Part shown: positions 30,137-40,246 of the stretch, one piece after another
Layout of the letters: every line of letters begins with the position of its first letter
How positions within the stretch are numbered: the first letter of the stretch is position 1
Source of the DNA: Polyangiaceae bacterium
GTDB lineage: Bacteria > Myxococcota_A > Polyangia > Polyangiales > Polyangiaceae
Length of the DNA stretch: 64,000 nt
Reading direction: 5' to 3'
Assembly: GCA_050287085.1 (NCBI GenBank)
Contig: JBNKBE010000005.1
Span: 160,001 to 224,000, forward strand
Program-made: the position numbers and the translations under genes
The notes under the pieces: generated by a model
Told to the model about the DNA's origin: nothing
What the model saw: the letters and a program-made list of their open reading frames with translations, nothing else
Database searches by the model: none

Positions 30137-30441
30137 CACGCCTCCGAAGCAGCGCTCTCGCCCCGAGGGCGCCCACAAGGAGGGAGATTGGGAATGCTCT
30201 TGCTCGCCACGTTCACGACCATATTGCTTGCCTCCAGCTGCGCGCGGATCGGGGTATTCGCCCTGCGGCGGTGCAGCAAGTGCGGACGCGATGCCAGCCG
30301 CAAACAGGATGGGGGGCCGAGTGGAAGGTCGGTGTAACACCGCTTCCGGCCTGGCGCGCCGCTCGGGAGCAATGCCTCGGAACTCATAAAATGGGGGTTG
30401 GGGGTGAGAAAGTTGACGGCCGCGACGTAGTAGAGCGAAGT

Positions 30442-31305
30442 ATGGCTGTGTTCTTTCGCAACGCTCTTATCCGGTACACCCCATCCCCCCTATGGCTCAT
30501 TGCGATCACAGGCCCGTTGGTGCTGGCCTGCGGCGAAGACGCGCCCCAGCCGCCCGGTAACGCCGTCGCGTTTTGTACCGCCTGGGGCAAGGCCGCGTGC
30601 AACGACTTCGCGATGGACCGATGTGGCTCCCCCGATGAAGATCAATGTGTCGAATATCAACAGGAAGACTGTCTGCGCCGCGTCGACGCCGAAAAGTACG
30701 ACAAGGCTGGGGCAGACGAGTGTCTGAACGCGGTCAAAGCGGCCTATGACGACGCCAAGATAGACGGCGAAGAATGGGCGACGCTTTTCGAACTCAGCGG
30801 CCCATGCAGCGGGGTCCAGAGCTCGCCCGCCGACCCCGGCGACAGCTGCTCAAAGGATTCGGATTGCGACGTGGCTGCGGGTCAGTCGTGTGTCCTGCGC
30901 CCCGCCAAGAACGCAAAGGGTCAGTGCTACGAGCCCGAACCGGCAACCGGTGGCGAGAGCTGCGACGACCCCCAGGTGCAATGCGCTGAGGGATTCTATT
31001 GCGACGGCGAACACTGCCTTGCGAGCGGCAAGAAGGGGGGCGACTGCTCGGCGAAGGAGCCATGCAAGGACGGGCTACGCTGCGTAGACGATGGCGATAC
31101 GGCCACTTGCGAGGAGAAGCTAGAGCTTCGCGCGACATGCGCGAGCAACGATGAGTGCCAGAGCGGCCTATGCGCCGCTGCCAGCAACGGCAAGAAGGGG
31201 TGCGCCACCAGCGTGCTCTTGGATTTCGGCAACTCGATCTGCGATCCCTTCGGGCCCCCCGTCGGAGCGAGCTCAGCTCGCGACGGCGCCGACGCCGGGG
31301 GTTGA
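30442..31305 (+). CDS. Cys-rich lipoprotein (Dickkopf-like small disulfide modules)
   Basis: Lipobox LVLAC; repeated GxxCxxDxxCxxGxxC modules. Start trimmed to ATG 30442. Confidence 0.75.
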   Translation: MAVFFRNALIRYTPSPLWLIAITGPLVLACGEDAPQPPGNAVAFCTAWGKAACNDFAMDRCGSPDEDQCVEYQQEDCLRRVDAEKYDKAGADECLNAVKAAYDDAKIDGEEWATLFELSGPCSGVQSSPADPGDSCSKDSDCDVAAGQSCVLRPAKNAKGQCYEPEPATGGESCDDPQVQCAEGFYCDGEHCLASGKKGGDCSAKEPCKDGLRCVDDGDTATCEEKLELRATCASNDECQSGLCAAASNGKKGCATSVLLDFGNSICDPFGPPVGASSARDGADAGG

Positions 31306-31440
31306 AGCCGCGTCGCCCCGCCCGCACACACCGCGTGGCAGCAACCACGGCCCCTAAGCCGGCCGCCGAGTACGTCGTGTCGATGCTTGGCCTCGCCCGG
31401 GTTGACCTGGGCCGGGGCGCGACACACTGTGAGCACCCTC

Positions 31441-32628
31441 ATGGCCGCAAGAAAGACACCGGGTTCCAGGGTTGTACCGCCCCGGCGCGGCGGAACGACT
31501 GAGGCTGCCCGGTACGACAGCTCCAAGCCCCCTCCCGGAAGCGAGGACTCGAATGACGCTTCCGCCCAAGAGGACGATGCCAGCTCGGACGAGGAGGAGC
31601 TTGCGACAGACGAACTTGATTCCGAGCTCGATCCTGACTCGGATGCGCTGCTTGAGGACGACTACGACACGGAGCTGGTAGAAGAACGCGAGGCCTCGCC
31701 TCCGACGAGCCGCCATCAAACGATGGCGATAGTGCCGCTCCGCACCAGCTCAGCCCTTGAACGACGCGCAGCAGACGATCCGCTAGCCACCTACATGCGC
31801 GAGGTGCAGCGCCACCCGCTATTGACCCGTGAAGAAGAGCACGAGCTTGCGGTGTTGTACGCCCGGACCGGAGACGTCGATGCGGCCAAACGTCTCGTCA
31901 CGTCCAACCTGCGGCTGGTGGTGAAGATCGCCTATGAGTACAAGCGCGCCTACAAGAACATGATGGATCTCGTGCAGGAGGGAAACATCGGCCTGATGCA
32001 CGCCGTCAAGCGCTACGATCCGGAGCGCGGCGTCAAGCTGTCCAGCTATTCAGCTTGGTGGATCCGCGCTTACATACTGCGCTTCATCCTCAACAACTGG
32101 CGTCTAGTGAAGCTGGGCACGACACAAGCCCAACGCAAACTATTCTTCAATCTGAACAAGGAGCGAGCGCGCCTGTCGGCCATGGGGATCGAACCCACAC
32201 ACGAAGAAATCGCCAAGCGGCTCGACGTGAGCAAGAAGGATGTTCGTGAAATGGACCTTCGTCTTGCAAGCGGAGACGCTTCGCTCGATGTGCCAGTGGG
32301 AGATGGCGACGGCCGTCAAACCACCCGGCTCGATCTCTTGTCGACCAGTATGGACGGCCCCGATCAGCTGGTTGAAGACCAAGAGTTGATGGGCATGTTG
32401 CACGAACAGCTCCGCGTTTTCCGAGAAACGCTGCGAGAAAAAGATCGAGAGATCTTCGACATGCGCATGGTCGCCGAAGATCCCCTCACGCTGCAAGAAC
32501 TGGGCGATCGATTTGGCGTGTCACGTGAACGCGTACGACAACTTGAGGCCCGGATCAGCAAGAAGCTCAAAGCATTCCTGACCGAATGCCTCGGAGAGGC
32601 AGTGGTCGAGAGCCATGCTAGTCAGTGA
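31441..32628 (+). CDS. rpoH: RNA polymerase sigma factor, sigma-32/RpoH family, with acidic N-terminal extension
   Basis: SNLRLVVKIA, DLVQEGNIGLM, WWIRAYI, RpoH box QRKLFFNL, VSRERVRQLE. Confidence 0.9.
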   Translation: MAARKTPGSRVVPPRRGGTTEAARYDSSKPPPGSEDSNDASAQEDDASSDEEELATDELDSELDPDSDALLEDDYDTELVEEREASPPTSRHQTMAIVPLRTSSALERRAADDPLATYMREVQRHPLLTREEEHELAVLYARTGDVDAAKRLVTSNLRLVVKIAYEYKRAYKNMMDLVQEGNIGLMHAVKRYDPERGVKLSSYSAWWIRAYILRFILNNWRLVKLGTTQAQRKLFFNLNKERARLSAMGIEPTHEEIAKRLDVSKKDVREMDLRLASGDASLDVPVGDGDGRQTTRLDLLSTSMDGPDQLVEDQELMGMLHEQLRVFRETLREKDREIFDMRMVAEDPLTLQELGDRFGVSRERVRQLEARISKKLKAFLTECLGEAVVESHASQ

Positions 32629-32703
32629 ACGCCCAGGCCGGCGCGCCGCAGCCCCGTCTTGGGCCTCCCGGGCACGACGATACCAACCCACTGAGAATCG
32701 CCC

Positions 32704-33561
32704 ATGAGCGGTGTTTTGTATCTCGTACCGAGTCCCATTGGGAACCTTGGTGACATAACCCAGCGTGCGATCGACGTGCTGCGGGGCGTGGACCGCGTCG
32801 TGGCCGAGGACACGCGACGAAGCCGCCAGCTTCTCTCGCATCTTGGCATCACGAGCAAACCGCTTGCCTGTATCAACGCCCACAGCTCGGAGAAAGCCCT
32901 CAGCGCGGTGGCTGAGGACCTCGACAATGGGGTCTCGGTGGCGCTGCTCACCGACGCCGGAATGCCAAGCATCAGCGATCCGGGCAGCGCATTGGTACGA
33001 CACGCTCGCTCCGTCGGCGCCACAGTCGTGGCACTCCCCGGACCGAGCGCGGTCACCACGGCCGTGGCTGCTTCAGGACTCGTTCACGGCCCTTTCCTCT
33101 TCCTCGGCTTCCTGCCCCGCAAGGGAGAAAAGCGCCGCCAGCTCTTAGACCGCATCGTCCGGAGCGAGGAGCCGGTCGTCCTCTTCGAGGCGCCCTCCCG
33201 CATGGCCGCCACGCTCGCCGAGCTGGGCAGCCGGCTCCCTGAGCGTCCAGTATGTGTGGCTCGTGAGCTGTCCAAGCGCTTTGAGGAGGTGCGAGTGCTG
33301 TCGGGCCAGGAGTGGACCCAACAAGAAGAAGCATGGCGGGGCGAGCTCACCCTGGTGGTGGGCGGCGCCAGTGCCACTGAAAGCGACACCTCAGTCGACG
33401 ACGCGGAACTCGACGTTCGCATTCTGTCCGCACTCGAACGCGGGCTCCCCATCAAGCAGGCGACGGATGAACTCCGGCCCCTGACATCACTGCCGCGGCG
33501 TGAGCTCTACCGGCGTATCCTCGACCTCAAGCAAGGCCTTGAATCCAGCGCGCGCAAGTGA
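32704..33561 (+). CDS. rsmI: 16S rRNA C1402 2'-O-methyltransferase
   Basis: LYLVPSPIGNLGDIT.RA, AEDTR, DAGMPSISDPG, PGPSA, GFLP, RELSK.FEE. Confidence 0.95.
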   Translation: MSGVLYLVPSPIGNLGDITQRAIDVLRGVDRVVAEDTRRSRQLLSHLGITSKPLACINAHSSEKALSAVAEDLDNGVSVALLTDAGMPSISDPGSALVRHARSVGATVVALPGPSAVTTAVAASGLVHGPFLFLGFLPRKGEKRRQLLDRIVRSEEPVVLFEAPSRMAATLAELGSRLPERPVCVARELSKRFEEVRVLSGQEWTQQEEAWRGELTLVVGGASATESDTSVDDAELDVRILSALERGLPIKQATDELRPLTSLPRRELYRRILDLKQGLESSARK

Positions 33562-33685
33562 GCGGCAAGCTTTTTTGGCTCGGCGACCAATGTCCTGATG
33601 GCCTGGAACCGGGCCTGCTCAGCAGCCGCTGACCAGCGAAAAGCAGCGCTTCGGTCGGCCTGCGCGCTGTGCTAAGAACCGCGCC

Positions 33686-35311
33686 GTGTTCGATGCTCTG
33701 AAAAAGGGGTTCCAAGAAGCCCAGAACCGACTCGCCGGCCTCACTTCGCTCACCGAGGAGAACATCAAGCCTGCACTGCGCGAGGTGCGCCTCTCGCTGC
33801 TGGAAGCTGACGTCGAACTGGGCGTGGTCAAACGCTTTCTGGCCGAGGTCGAAGCCGACGCCGTGGGCCAAAAAGTGCAAACCCGGATCAAGCACGACGG
33901 CGCCACGCATCGCGTGTCAGCGGGTGATCAGTTCACGAAGATCTGCCACGACCGCCTGATCGAAATGATGTCCGGCGACGGGCCAGGGCTCGTCTTCGCA
34001 TCGGGCCCCCAGCGCACACGCATCATGATGTTGGGCCTCCAGGGCGCCGGCAAGACGACTACTTGTGCCAAGCTAGCGCGCAAGCTGAAGAACGAGGGGA
34101 AGAAGCCCTTGCTCGTGGCCTGCGACATGCAGCGCCCCGCGGCAGTCGAGCAGCTGCGGGTGTTGGGTGAGCAGATTGGAGTCCCCGTCTTCAACGTCGA
34201 AGGCGAAACGCCGCTGAACATCGCCATCGCGGCCGACGCCCACGCCAAGGCGCAGGGTTCAGACGTCGTGATCTACGATACCGCGGGGCGGCTCGCTATC
34301 GACGAGCCGCTCATGCAAGAGCTGGAAGCCATCAAGAGCGCCATTTCTCCGCAAAACGTATTCCTGGTCATTGACGCGATGATCGGCCAGGACGCTGTAA
34401 GAACGGCCCGCGCCTTCAACGACCGCCTTGCGATCACGGGAGCGATCCTCACCAAACTCGATGGCGACGCCCGCGGTGGTGCGGCACTCAGCGTCAAGCG
34501 GGTGACCGGCGCCCCAATCGTTTTCATCGGTATGGGCGAGACGACGGACAAGCTCGAGGAGTTTCGCCCAGAAGGCATGGCGGGGCGTGTGCTCGGCCTG
34601 GGTGACGTCGTCGGCTTAATGCAAGACTTCGAAGACGTCGTCGACAAGAAGCAAGCCGAAGCCGACGCGGAGCGGATGCTGTCGGGGCGTTTTACACTCA
34701 ACGACTTCCTCAATCAGATCCGCACCATTCAGCGCATGGGCTCCCTCAAAGATCTGGTCGAAAAGATGCCCGGAATGAGCGGCATGATCCCCCCCGGAGC
34801 CAATCTCGACGATCGAGAGCTCGTCAAGATTGAAGCCATGATTCAGTCCATGACGCGAGAAGAACGCGACGACCCCCAGGCGTTGATTCGCCAACCCCGG
34901 CGCGCAGAGCGCATCGCCAGAGGCTCGGGCACTCCACTCGAAGCCGTCAACGAGTTGGTGCAGAAGTTCCAAATGATGCAGCAAATGATGGGCGGTCTCG
35001 GTGGCGGAGGGGGTGGTCTTCTCGGGCGGATACCGGGCATGGGTGGTCTCAACATGGCGCGCGCAGCGCGGCGTGCCATGAAAGGTGGCAAGCTACCTCC
35101 CGGCTTCGATCCAGCAGCGCTTCAGGGCATGGGGCTGCCAGGCATGGGATTGCCCGGCATGGGACTGCCAGGCATGGGGCTGCCGGGGCTTCCGGGCAGC
35201 GGCGGGGGCGCTCCTGCACCCAAGATGCGAACGCTCTCGCGGAGCGAAAAAAATGTGCGCAAGAACCAACGTAAAGCGGAGCGTACCGCTCGCAAGAAGG
35301 GCCGGAAGTAG
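33686..35311 (+). CDS. ffh: Signal recognition particle protein
   Basis: LLEADV, GLQGAGKTT, DTAGR, TKLDGDARGG, M-domain FTLNDF, RIARGSG. Confidence 0.98.
   Translation: MFDALKKGFQEAQNRLAGLTSLTEENIKPALREVRLSLLEADVELGVVKRFLAEVEADAVGQKVQTRIKHDGATHRVSAGDQFTKICHDRLIEMMSGDGPGLVFASGPQRTRIMMLGLQGAGKTTTCAKLARKLKNEGKKPLLVACDMQRPAAVEQLRVLGEQIGVPVFNVEGETPLNIAIAADAHAKAQGSDVVIYDTAGRLAIDEPLMQELEAIKSAISPQNVFLVIDAMIGQDAVRTARAFNDRLAITGAILTKLDGDARGGAALSVKRVTGAPIVFIGMGETTDKLEEFRPEGMAGRVLGLGDVVGLMQDFEDVVDKKQAEADAERMLSGRFTLNDFLNQIRTIQRMGSLKDLVEKMPGMSGMIPPGANLDDRELVKIEAMIQSMTREERDDPQALIRQPRRAERIARGSGTPLEAVNELVQKFQMMQQMMGGLGGGGGGLLGRIPGMGGLNMARAARRAMKGGKLPPGFDPAALQGMGLPGMGLPGMGLPGMGLPGLPGSGGGAPAPKMRTLSRSEKNVRKNQRKAERTARKKGRK
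35126..35185 (+). repeat. 4 x 15-bp coding tandem repeat (GMGLP)4 in the Ffh tail
   Basis: ggcatggggctgcca / ggcatgggattgccc / ggcatgggactgcca / ggcatggggctgccg. Confidence 0.9.
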
Positions 35312-35456
35312 AGGTCTGACCGCGCTTCGAACGCGAGACCATCACAAGGCAAGCGCGAAGCCGCCCCCCTTGGAACGGTGACCATGCCGTCGAAAGGCGC
35401 CCTACGACGGAACCGTTAGCCTCTCTATACGCAGCAGGGACCTGGAGGAAAACAGC

Positions 35457-36992
35457 ATGAACGATACAACTGAGTCGGTACAAGCGAAGTCACACGACGG
35501 CATTTCGTCCGGTCCGACAACAACGCCGCGCCGGCCGCGTTTCCCCTCGGGCACCGTGGCACTGCTTTGCGCCGGACTCATTCTGCCCGCCTGCGTCACC
35601 GGCAAGAAGGGTCCCTCGAAGGAAAGTGCGGCAGCCCGTGCGGCTGCTTTCACCGTCGATGCCCCGCCGCCCAGCATGCGCAAGCTCGGTGCCGAGTTTG
35701 AGGACAAGGCCGTCCTTCTGGGCGTCAGCATGGCCAAGACCGCGAACCTCAAACCGGGCGCCGAAGTCCAATACACGTTGTATTGGAAAGCCAAGAAGCC
35801 GATCGAAGATGGCTGGAAGCTATTCACTCATGTCCTGGACAACCGCGGAAAGAAGCTACTCAATATTGACGCTGTAGGACCGATCCGGGAATACGATCAC
35901 GGTCGTCAGCCGGCGGCTCCTAGCACATGGCAACCCGGCAATATCTACAAGGACGAGCAGAGCTTCACCATCCCGAAGGACTACAAGGGGGGCAAGCTCA
36001 AGATCATCACGGGGATCTGGAAGAAGGACCAGCGCCTCGCCGTCATGGGCAAGACGAAGACCAACCGTGCGGTCGTAGCTACCCTGCGACTGGGGGAAGG
36101 AGGGCGGCACTCCACACGCGTTCCGGAGCTAAGCGTCCACCGCCTGGCCCCCGGTGAGAAGCTCAAGATCGACGGGAACCTGGACGAAGGCGCGTGGGCT
36201 ACCGCGGCAAGAACCGGTCCATTTGTCAATGTATCCACCGGAAAGCCCGACCGCGGCAGCGGGGTGCAGGGCAATGCCCGCGTGCTGTGGGATAATGAGG
36301 CACTTTACGTCGGAGCGTTCATCGAAGACCGCGACGTTCAGGGGTCCTTCGCAGCTGACTCCGAAGACCCGCATCTGTGGACGAAGGATACCTTCGAACT
36401 CATGATCGACCCGGACGGCGATGGCGACAACAAGGACTACTACGAAATCCAGGTGGGTCCTCAGAACCTCGTCTTTGACTCCCAATTCGACGACTATAAC
36501 CAGCCGAAGGTAGCACCCAACGGCCCATTCGGACATCAGGAGTGGAAGAGCCGCCTGCAAAGTGCCGTGGTCATTGAAGGGACATTGAACGCGAGTAGTG
36601 ATCGCGACAAAGGCTACACTGTTGAGCTGAAGCTTCCCTGGGTGGCCCTCACCAAAGCCAAGAAGAGCCCCCCCGAAGCGGGCGCGACCTGGCGCATCAA
36701 CTTCTACGCCATGCAGGATAACGGCGGGGTTGCGTGGTCGCCTATCCTGCGACAAGGCAACTTCCACAAGGCGTCTCGCTTTGGCCGAGTACGCTTTGTT
36801 GACGTGCCATCCGCCCCGGTCAGCAAACACTTGTCCGTAGGAGAGGCCAAAGAGCTGGTGGTCAAAGACGTCCGAGCGCTTGCGCCGAAGCCCGCTGCCC
36901 TGGGCCTCCGCACGAAGGCGCCCCCTGCCACGTCCAAGCCCAAAGCCAGCACCTCCCCGGCGCAGCCGGCAAAGTCTGCGACGGCTCCGTAG
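35457..36992 (+). CDS. Lipoprotein with an Ig-like domain and a CBM9-like carbohydrate-binding domain
   Basis: Lipobox ILPAC; TLYWK..LFTHV..WQPG; IDGNLDEGAW, LWDNEALYV, ELMIDPDGDG, YYEIQV, YTVELKLPW, WRINFY. Confidence 0.85.
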   Translation: MNDTTESVQAKSHDGISSGPTTTPRRPRFPSGTVALLCAGLILPACVTGKKGPSKESAAARAAAFTVDAPPPSMRKLGAEFEDKAVLLGVSMAKTANLKPGAEVQYTLYWKAKKPIEDGWKLFTHVLDNRGKKLLNIDAVGPIREYDHGRQPAAPSTWQPGNIYKDEQSFTIPKDYKGGKLKIITGIWKKDQRLAVMGKTKTNRAVVATLRLGEGGRHSTRVPELSVHRLAPGEKLKIDGNLDEGAWATAARTGPFVNVSTGKPDRGSGVQGNARVLWDNEALYVGAFIEDRDVQGSFAADSEDPHLWTKDTFELMIDPDGDGDNKDYYEIQVGPQNLVFDSQFDDYNQPKVAPNGPFGHQEWKSRLQSAVVIEGTLNASSDRDKGYTVELKLPWVALTKAKKSPPEAGATWRINFYAMQDNGGVAWSPILRQGNFHKASRFGRVRFVDVPSAPVSKHLSVGEAKELVVKDVRALAPKPAALGLRTKAPPATSKPKASTSPAQPAKSATAP

Positions 36993-37019
36993 AGCTCCAA
37001 TCAATGGCTCCATCCCCCA

Positions 37020-37157
37020 AGGAAACTGAGGGAACGGGGTGCCTACCACGGGGAGCTCGACTCGAGCCCCAAGATGGCTTCACGTCAGGCCGCTTCGACG
37101 TGAAGTCCATAGGCCCCGCTGAGTCCTGCAACGGGTCCGCACGGCAACCCTTTTTTT
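37020..37157 (+). ncRNA. Candidate structured RNA / cis-regulatory leader upstream of the MATE gene (family not recognised; strand uncertain)
   Basis: Closing stem 37035-37045/37110-37118, hairpin 37050-37070, 9-bp hairpin 37078-37086/37097-37105, and a T7 tract at 37151-37157. Confidence 0.4.
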
Positions 37158-37170
37158 CAAGCGGCAAACC

Positions 37171-38535
37171 ATGAACGTAGCAACCCCACTCGCAGTTGAA
37201 ATTCGGCGGGTGGCACGTCTAGCGGCTCCGGCCGTGCTCTCCCAGCTGGGAATGATGATGACCGGCGTCGTCGATGTTCTCATGTTGGGCCGTTTGGGGA
37301 CAGAGCCGCTTGCCGCCACAGCCCTCGGCAACATGTGGCAATGGGCCTTCATGTCGGCGGCGCTGGGCGTGATAATGGGCATGGACCCCTTGATTAGCCA
37401 GGGTCACGGCCGCGGGGATACAGCGCTGCTCGGGGTCACGCTGCAGCGCGGTGTCGTTCTAGCCTTGCTGCTGAGCGTTCCTGTTACTGCGGCGATGCTC
37501 TTTGCCGAGCCGGGGCTGCGCTGGCTGGGACAACCAGAGGCGGTGGCTCGACTGGCAGGAGAATACAATCTCTGGCGTATTCCCGGGGTCCCGTTCTTCC
37601 TGCTGTACGCGGCCCTGCGCAACTATCTCCAAGGCCGAGGGCTGATGACCCCGGCTGCGTGGGTGATGTGGATTGGAAACGGATGCAACGTCGTTCTGAA
37701 CTGGGCGTTGATCTTTGGCCATTTGGGCCTGTCCCCTGGCGGTCTGATCGGCGGAGCGCAAGCCAGCAGTATCACTCTCGTTCTCCTGGCTTTCTTGCTG
37801 CTGACTTGGACTGCCGGCTTCCGCCTGCATCAGGGTGCCTGGCAGCCCTGGTCTCGCGCCGCTTGGGACTTGCGCGGGCTTCTCCGGATCCTTCGCTTGG
37901 GAGCCCCGGTGGGGGTACAGATTTCCCTCGAAACCTTCGCATTCTTCGTCGCTACGCTCATGGCGGGCTGGCTTGGGGAGGTACAAGTCGCTAGCCATCA
38001 GATCGTGCTCAACATGGCAGCCCTAGCGTTCATGGTGCCCCTCGGCATTTCGCAGGCCACAGCAGCGCGCGTCGGAAACCTCATTGGTGCCGGAGAAGGT
38101 GAGCGCATGCGGCAAGCCATTCGCAGCGCGCTGCTGCTCGGCGTGGGCTTCATGGCTATATCGGCTCTTACCTTCGCGCTCGGCCGCCACCATCTACCGA
38201 AACTGTACACCTCGGAAGCCCAGCTCATCGTCTTGTCGGCAGGGTTGCTCCCCTTTGCCGCACTATTCCAACTCTCGGACGGCGCACAGGCGGTACTCGG
38301 GGGCGTCCTGCGCGGCATGGGACGTCCCGAAGCGGGGGCAATAGTGAATCTCGTCGGCTACTTTGGGCTAGCCCTCCCGTTATCCTACCTACTCGCATTT
38401 CACTTTCAGCTGGGTTTACGAGGAATCTGGATCGGTCTCTGTGTAGGCCTCGCCGTGGTGGCGTCTCTGCTCGGGCTTTGGGTCCGCAAGTTGGCGCGTC
38501 AGCCCTTGACCAGCCTCCAAGTGTCGAACGGATGA
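37171..38535 (+). CDS. MATE-family efflux transporter (NorM-like)
   Basis: LAAPAVLSQ, VDVLMLGRLG, DPLISQ, LGAPVG, RVGNLIGAG, FQLSDG, GVLRGMG. Confidence 0.95.
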   Translation: MNVATPLAVEIRRVARLAAPAVLSQLGMMMTGVVDVLMLGRLGTEPLAATALGNMWQWAFMSAALGVIMGMDPLISQGHGRGDTALLGVTLQRGVVLALLLSVPVTAAMLFAEPGLRWLGQPEAVARLAGEYNLWRIPGVPFFLLYAALRNYLQGRGLMTPAAWVMWIGNGCNVVLNWALIFGHLGLSPGGLIGGAQASSITLVLLAFLLLTWTAGFRLHQGAWQPWSRAAWDLRGLLRILRLGAPVGVQISLETFAFFVATLMAGWLGEVQVASHQIVLNMAALAFMVPLGISQATAARVGNLIGAGEGERMRQAIRSALLLGVGFMAISALTFALGRHHLPKLYTSEAQLIVLSAGLLPFAALFQLSDGAQAVLGGVLRGMGRPEAGAIVNLVGYFGLALPLSYLLAFHFQLGLRGIWIGLCVGLAVVASLLGLWVRKLARQPLTSLQVSNG

Positions 38536-38579
38536 GAGTACGGGCTTCAAACCGCGACGCTACGTGGTAGAAGCGCGTT

Positions 38580-39824
38580 ATGAATCGGACGCTTCACTCA
38601 GCCCTCGCCCGCGGAGTACGGCGCGGAGGTCTGCGCGTAACCTATGCCGATGGGAGCAGCAAACACTACGGCGCTCGAAGCGCTCCGCTCGAATTGCGCT
38701 TGGCGGACGAAGAGGCCGAACGCGCCCTCGCTCTGGACCCCGCGCTGAAGCTGGGTGAATTGTACATGGACGGACGTCTGCTCATCGAGCGTGGTGACGT
38801 CTACGATTTGCTTGCGGTACTCAAGCGCAATGCGCGCTCCATCAGCACTCCGCTCGCAGCGTTGCGCTACGCGTTTCGATACGCGACAGCATTTGCGGCC
38901 GAACGTCAGACACTTGTCGCCGCGCGTCGCAACATGGCCCATCACTACGACCTGAACGAGCGCTTCTACCGTCTGTTTCTGGACGAGGACATGCAATACA
39001 CATGCGCCTACTTCGAGCGCGACACGCAGAGCCTCGCCGACGCGCAACTATCCAAGAAGCGCCACATTGCGGCCAAGTTGCTCCTCGAGCCGGGTCAGAA
39101 GGTGCTCGATATCGGCTGCGGTTGGGGGGGCTTGGGTCTGTACCTGGCGGATGTTGTAGGCGCGAACGTCACAGGTGTCACCCTGAGTCGCCTGCAACAT
39201 GAGGTCGGCATGAGACGCGTCCGCGAGCGGGGCCTCGAGCACCAAGCGCGTTTCTTGCTGCAAGACTATCGACAGACCGCAGGTCCCTTCGACCGATTGG
39301 TAAGCGTTGGCATGTTCGAAGCCATCGGCCTGAAGGAGTTTCGGAACTACTTCACGCACTGTGCAAGGCTGATGACTCAGCGCGGCGTGTTCTTGCTCCA
39401 TAGCATCGGTCGTACGCGGGCTCGCCCGGTGCCGAGTCCATGGCTAGAGAAGTACATCTTTCCAGGTAGCTACATTCCGGCTCTTTCCGAGGTCCTGCCG
39501 GAGATTGAACGCGCGGGCTTCATGGTTGCGGACACTGAAATCCTACGCACACACTACGCGGAGACCCTACGACACTGGAGAACGCGCTTTGTCGCTCGCC
39601 GGGCGGAGGTGGAAGCCATCTACGATAAACGCTTCTTCAGAATGTGGGAATTCTACCTCGCCGCTTCAGAGGCTGGATTTCGCATCGATCGCCTCTTCGT
39701 TTTCCAGCTTCAGCTCATTCGCAATATGAGTGTCGTTCCAATCCGACGCGACTATGTGGCGATTCAGGAGGCCGCGTTCCGAAGTGTCGAAAGCCAGCGG
39801 GCAGCCTACCGCGACGTTGCCTAG
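38580..39824 (+). CDS. cfa: Cyclopropane-fatty-acyl-phospholipid synthase family
   Basis: HHYDL, MQYTCAYF, VLDIGCGWG, SVGMFE, KYIFPG, HYAETL, RMWEFYL. Confidence 0.92.
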   Translation: MNRTLHSALARGVRRGGLRVTYADGSSKHYGARSAPLELRLADEEAERALALDPALKLGELYMDGRLLIERGDVYDLLAVLKRNARSISTPLAALRYAFRYATAFAAERQTLVAARRNMAHHYDLNERFYRLFLDEDMQYTCAYFERDTQSLADAQLSKKRHIAAKLLLEPGQKVLDIGCGWGGLGLYLADVVGANVTGVTLSRLQHEVGMRRVRERGLEHQARFLLQDYRQTAGPFDRLVSVGMFEAIGLKEFRNYFTHCARLMTQRGVFLLHSIGRTRARPVPSPWLEKYIFPGSYIPALSEVLPEIERAGFMVADTEILRTHYAETLRHWRTRFVARRAEVEAIYDKRFFRMWEFYLAASEAGFRIDRLFVFQLQLIRNMSVVPIRRDYVAIQEAAFRSVESQRAAYRDVA

Positions 39825-40246
39825 CCGGCGCGCACACTGCACCCACTGGCCTGCGCAGCGCGCGCAAGCGTTCCGCATAGTGCGCGCGCCGGGCGCGGCT
39901 CGAAAGTGCAAGCTCTCAAATCCGAGGTACTGAACGACGGTCCCAGCACCGTTCACTTTCGACTCCTCGATCCGACTACTGCAGTACGGTTTTGTACAAT
40001 TCGACCTCCGAAGCCGGAGGGCGATTCCTGTCCCAATAGAAGCTTTCCTGCCACGCCCGTTTGAATCGGGACTTCATCATGGTTTGGGTGAAGTCAGAGC
40101 CAAAGCGGCCCATGGTAGCTGCTGCCGCATCCGAGCGGCACACCTGCCACCGCCTTGAAGCAATGACTACCACACCACTACCCTCATTTCGCCGCACCTC
40201 CTTTCGACTGCATCAGGTCAGTCATTTCGGGTTAACCCCGCTGGCA

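Noticed and set aside
37020..37157. Assignment as a TPP, SAM-I or cobalamin riboswitch, or as SRP RNA (ffh is nearby)
   Set aside because: Only partial motifs: no CCUGAU for TPP, no AUC-AGAG/GGUGC arrangement for SAM-I, no ACUG/B12 box, and no GGAAGGAAGCAG helix 8 for SRP.
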